DNA of 64,000 nucleotides from assembly GCA_965223795.1 (NCBI GenBank), contig CBDCXL010000002.1:832001-896000 (forward strand), given 5' to 3'. Numbering within the stretch: the first letter of the stretch is position 1; each line of letters opens with the position of its first letter. Both the position numbers and the translations under genes were made by a program. Source of the stretch: Nitrospinales bacterium. Its GTDB lineage: Bacteria; Nitrospinota; Nitrospinia; Nitrospinales; VA-1. Of the stretch, positions 60,483 to 64,000 are shown one piece after another. The notes beneath the pieces were generated by a model. The model was not told the DNA's origin. It saw only the letters and a program-made list of their open reading frames with translations, and ran no database searches.

Positions 60483-61583
60483 TCAGGCCTGGGCGGCCGC
60501 CCGGCGCGGCAGCGCCAGCTGCTGAAACGGATACACGAACTGGCGGATCAGCCCGCCGTTCAATTCGCCGCCGCTGAAACCGAAGCTTGCGGTTTCCCGC
60601 TTGTCCTTCGGCAGGTAGTAGGTTCCGAACAGGAGATCGAAGCAGGAAAAAAACGTGGCGTAATTTTTCTTTTCGACCAGGGCGCTGTCGGAATGGTGCC
60701 AGCGGTGGAACAGGGGGCTCACGAAAACGCGGTCCAGCATGCCGTAGGAGACGGGCAGGTTGGCGTGCACGTACAACCCGTACCCGCGGCGCATCAGCAT
60801 GGCGGCGGCGCCGACGGCGGCGCTCTGAAACAGCGCCGTGAGGACCAGCAGGTTGATCGTGGCGGAAATGATGTGGTTGACCGGGTGAAACCGTTCGGTG
60901 GACAGCCAATCGACCTGCCGGGAGCTGTGGTGGATGGTGTGGAACGGCCACAGGTAGCGGGTGTGCATCAGGCGGTGCCGCCAGTAGCCGACGAAGTCGA
61001 TGATCACGACGGCCAGAAAGATCTGCAGCAGCTCGTGCTGCCGGACGATCCAGTTGCGGACCTTCCACACGGCTCCGGTGAATCCCCGGGTGACCGGGCC
61101 ACGCAGGACGCTGCCTTGCACCTCAAGGTGCACGCGCTTTGGCGCACCCACGGATTCGCCGCTCACCACTCTCGCGACGAAGGTCTGGGTGAGATGATTG
61201 TCGCCGTCGGTTTTCTGCAGCACAAAGGTATCGGCGCCTGCGAATGCGGAACCGGCCCGGTACGCCACGGTGCCGTCGGCGCGCACCCCGGCTTCCCCCT
61301 TCTCCGGCTTCTGCAACAGCGTGGCCCGCACCCGGTCCTGTGTCTCGGTCAGGTTGACCGCACCGTAAAAATACTGCGAAAAAACCGGCGCGAACGCGTT
61401 CTGCACCGGAATGAAGAGCAGGATCAGCAGAAAGGAATAGGCGAGATCGAGCCTGGAATCGGCGCGGATCAGTTTCTGATTCCTCTTTGCGGGAAACTTC
61501 CATTCGAGCAGCATGAACAGGGCCGCGAATCCCAGAAGGAATTTGAATTTGTTGAACAGGACGTGGGCGATGGTTTCCAGCAT
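60483..61583 (-). CDS. Sterol desaturase/fatty acid hydroxylase family protein with an inserted Ig-like domain
   Basis: His boxes YWRHRLMH, HTIHHS, RFHP, HAN, FHRWHH, NYA..F..FDLLFGT. Confidence 0.85.
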   Translation of the reverse strand: MLETIAHVLFNKFKFLLGFAALFMLLEWKFPAKRNQKLIRADSRLDLAYSFLLILLFIPVQNAFAPVFSQYFYGAVNLTETQDRVRATLLQKPEKGEAGVRADGTVAYRAGSAFAGADTFVLQKTDGDNHLTQTFVARVVSGESVGAPKRVHLEVQGSVLRGPVTRGFTGAVWKVRNWIVRQHELLQIFLAVVIIDFVGYWRHRLMHTRYLWPFHTIHHSSRQVDWLSTERFHPVNHIISATINLLVLTALFQSAAVGAAAMLMRRGYGLYVHANLPVSYGMLDRVFVSPLFHRWHHSDSALVEKKNYATFFSCFDLLFGTYYLPKDKRETASFGFSGGELNGGLIRQFVYPFQQLALPRRAAAQA

Positions 61584-61742
61584 GGCGATCGGATGCGGCC
61601 GGATTTCCGGGTTTCACAGTACAGGGAGCCGGAAATTCAGGCGTTTTGCCGCAGCTTGAAAATTATCAATACCTTTATTATCAATGAGTTATGGAAAGTT
61701 TGCAATGGAAAGTTCCGGCTGCGTTCGATCTGGCGGGAAGGG

Positions 61743-62471
61743 TCAGCGGGGGGAGGGTTCTTCCTGCATATCCGGAACGGGAACGCCCTGCGGGGCGGGA
61801 TGCGGCTCCTTGTCCCCGCGCTCAATCATCTTGCGGGCGATGTAGTGGCCGAGGAAAAAAGCGAACAACACGTCGGAGGCCCAGTGCTTGTTGTCGTTGA
61901 TGCGCGCCCAGCCCGCGCCCAACGCACACGCATAGGCGATTGCCGCGACAGGGCCGTGCTGCCAGGTGGACGCCAGCAGCACCGCCAGAGCGATGGCGGT
62001 GGTGGTGTGGCCGGAGGGAAAGCTGTTGTTCTTGAGCGAAAACGGTCCGCCAAACAGGCCCGCCTCGCGCACGAAGGGGCGGTGGCGGCCGGTGGACATC
62101 TTGACCATCCAGGAGAACGCGCCGGTGAGGATGTACGACTCCAGTCCCAGCAAGGCGAACCCGCAGGCTCTGGGTGAGCGTGTCCGCACGCCGAATGCGT
62201 AGACGAGAAGCAGTGCCGGGATGACGTAGTGCCCGTATCCCAGAAGCTCGAAGGCATTGGCGAGCCCGTCGGTGAAGGGGGCGCGGTGCGACTGGACGAA
62301 TTCCTGGATTGTGCGGTCCCAGGGCATCACAAGCAGGGTCAGCGCCACAACGATGCACAGCGCGGCCCATTGGCGGGTTTTCCAGCGGAGGGGCGATTTC
62401 AGGATGGCGATCCCATTGTGCCAGGAATTTTGAAGCGTGGTGCGAACGATGTTTTTCAGAGTCGCGACCAA
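61743..62471 (-). CDS. PAP2-family phosphatase
   Basis: KMSTGRHRP, SFPSGH, ARINDNKHWASDV. Confidence 0.9.
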   Translation of the reverse strand: MVATLKNIVRTTLQNSWHNGIAILKSPLRWKTRQWAALCIVVALTLLVMPWDRTIQEFVQSHRAPFTDGLANAFELLGYGHYVIPALLLVYAFGVRTRSPRACGFALLGLESYILTGAFSWMVKMSTGRHRPFVREAGLFGGPFSLKNNSFPSGHTTTAIALAVLLASTWQHGPVAAIAYACALGAGWARINDNKHWASDVLFAFFLGHYIARKMIERGDKEPHPAPQGVPVPDMQEEPSPR

Positions 62472-62716
62472 GGAAACCTGCCGGAAATTGTTTTACAGAA
62501 GAGAACCCGGCTGCCGCCAGGCGGTTTGACTTTTTCGAACTGTATACAACTTGTGTTCGATTGCGATGAGTTTTTCTCCGCCGGGGTCAGGAAGAAAAGA
62601 AATGCCCTGGGACTCATTCTAACAGGGAGACCCGAATAGTGCACTCAGGAAAAGGAAGGGATCGTAAACGAATCGACTCTTCAGTGTGAGATCGGTTCGT
62701 AACAGGATCGCTTGAG

Positions 62717-62761
62717 AAAAAAAGCATCCGGTTGAGTTTGGGGGCAAACCCAACCGGATGC
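62717..62761 (-). terminator. Intrinsic terminator downstream of the small membrane protein gene
   Basis: GCATCCGGTTG...CAACCGGATGC hairpin followed by T7 on the minus strand. Confidence 0.8.
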
Positions 62762-62769
62762 GAATTCCG

Positions 62770-62904
62770 TCACAAACGTCCCGTCAGCAACAGAATCAAT
62801 AAAACCAGAAGCAGCACACCACCGACTCCACCCACAGCAACATTCTGCAGAAGTGCGGCAATCAGCAAAACAACGACGATTGTTCCCAATAATCCATAAG
62901 CCAT
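62770..62904 (-). CDS. 44-aa membrane protein (DUF3309-like)
   Basis: AAGGAG RBS; MAYGLLGTIVVVLLIAALL...GGVGGVLLLVLLILLLTGRL. Confidence 0.7.
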   Translation of the reverse strand: MAYGLLGTIVVVLLIAALLQNVAVGGVGGVLLLVLLILLLTGRL

Positions 62905-62920
62905 ATTATTCTCCTTTTGT

Positions 62921-64000
62921 TTATGCGGTGACCTGCCGCGTGACTTCCACCGCATACAACCGGCGGACTGTGCTGGAACCAACCCATCCGCCGATGATCG
63001 CGACCACCAGCCCTAAAGCCGCACTGGTGAACGAGACCCACAGAACGGCCTGCGTGTATTCAGAAGCCACTTCCACGGCTTCATCGATTTCTTTTTTTGC
63101 TTCCGCGACCTTCTGATCCACTTCTCTGGTAACACCATCGACGATGGCTTCGACTTCTTTTTCATCCAGACTGGTGCGCACCGCGAGCACATTCTTGGCG
63201 CGTTCAGGATTTCCCAGCGCAAGCTCTTTCGCCACCAGGCCGAGGGTTTCCGCATCCATCTCCTTCAAGGCCAGCTTCAATTCCGAGGTGGATACTTCCG
63301 GGCCGCTGATCTGGCTCACCTGCTGGACGGCTTTACCCATTTTGTTTTTCAAATCGGCTTGCAGTTCCTGCACCAGCTCGGTTTCTTCCAGATCTTCCAC
63401 TTGCTCTGAAATTCCGCTGACGATGCTTTCCACTTCTTCCTCAGACAAATTGGTGCTGCGGGCCAATCGTTTTTTGGCTTTTTCTTCATCGCCCTGGATC
63501 AGATAAGCCGCGACTTTCTTCAGCGTGCGCGGATCGACTTCCTTCACCGCCCGCTTCAATTCTTTTTTACTGGCGGTTGCGCCGCTTTTTGTTTGAGACT
63601 CGGCAACGGCTTCGATGGCCTTGCGTTTGAGCATGGCCTGAATATCCATCAACACGGGTGAATCCGACAGATTCCGCACGACCGCGCTGGTGCCTTCGAT
63701 GCCCGCGTTACCGAGGGCCATGCCAGTCTGGACTGTGGATGTGACCACGGACTGACCTGTCTGAATCAGCCCGCCAACGCCCCACGCTCCGAACAGGAGC
63801 ATCAGGGCGGTTCCCAGGCTCCACAATGTGAGACCGTGCAGCATCCCGACTGTGGGGTCGGGTTTTCCGGACAGCCTTCCGGCCAGCAGGCCACTCAAAA
63901 AAAACACCACGAGCGCGCTGAACATGAGCCACAAAATCGCCCCGATGCCCAGACCCTCCGCAAAATCTTCGTTTGATGTGATATTGCCGAAATCCGCGAT
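62921..64000 (-). CDS. Membrane protein with helical internal duplication (5' end outside the window)
   Basis: Frame open to 64000; GLLAGRLSG...GMLHGLTLW TMs, helical middle, C-terminal TM. Confidence 0.75.
   Translation of the reverse strand: MADFGNITSNEDFAEGLGIGAILWLMFSALVVFFLSGLLAGRLSGKPDPTVGMLHGLTLWSLGTALMLLFGAWGVGGLIQTGQSVVTSTVQTGMALGNAGIEGTSAVVRNLSDSPVLMDIQAMLKRKAIEAVAESQTKSGATASKKELKRAVKEVDPRTLKKVAAYLIQGDEEKAKKRLARSTNLSEEEVESIVSGISEQVEDLEETELVQELQADLKNKMGKAVQQVSQISGPEVSTSELKLALKEMDAETLGLVAKELALGNPERAKNVLAVRTSLDEKEVEAIVDGVTREVDQKVAEAKKEIDEAVEVASEYTQAVLWVSFTSAALGLVVAIIGGWVGSSTVRRLYAVEVTRQVTA

Noticed and set aside
61679..61691. IHF-consensus match TATCAATGAGTTA
   Set aside because: Single degenerate match with no sigma54 promoter or recombination site evident nearby.
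1..64000. CRISPR arrays, tRNA/rRNA genes, riboswitches, prophage structural genes
   Set aside because: None recognisable by eye; a covariance-model search would be needed to exclude small RNAs.

Overview
Bacterial chromosomal window, GC-rich (roughly 60-65% by eye) except for a ~24 kb AT-rich block (about 17.6-41.8 kb). Positions 1-45.3 kb form one large cell-surface glycan locus. It holds rmlB/A/D (no rmlC), two NAD-dependent epimerases (one CDP-paratose 2-epimerase-like), a WecA/MraY-type initiator, many GT2/GT4 glycosyltransferases, two tandem Wzx-like flippases and two GtrB-like polyprenyl-phosphate sugar synthases. It also holds six predicted GT-C-type membrane transferases (one TMTC-like with TPRs, one frameshifted), three radical SAM enzymes (two B12-binding type), an FNR-like reductase, two methyltransferases and a complete IS481-family element with a 7-bp target duplication and a nonsense-inactivated transposase. 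The right part carries a membrane diguanylate cyclase and a stand-alone phage-type replication protein fused to a DnaA domain-I-like C-terminus. It continues with a decayed DUF2231-like gene, a split-pqiA/pqiB/pqiC operon, a REP-like palindrome, long Lhr helicase, htpX, a repeat-rich peptidoglycan-binding protein, a sterol-desaturase-family protein with an Ig-like insert, a PAP2 phosphatase and small membrane proteins. No rRNA, tRNA or CRISPR array was seen. All family assignments come from motif recognition by eye, not database searches.
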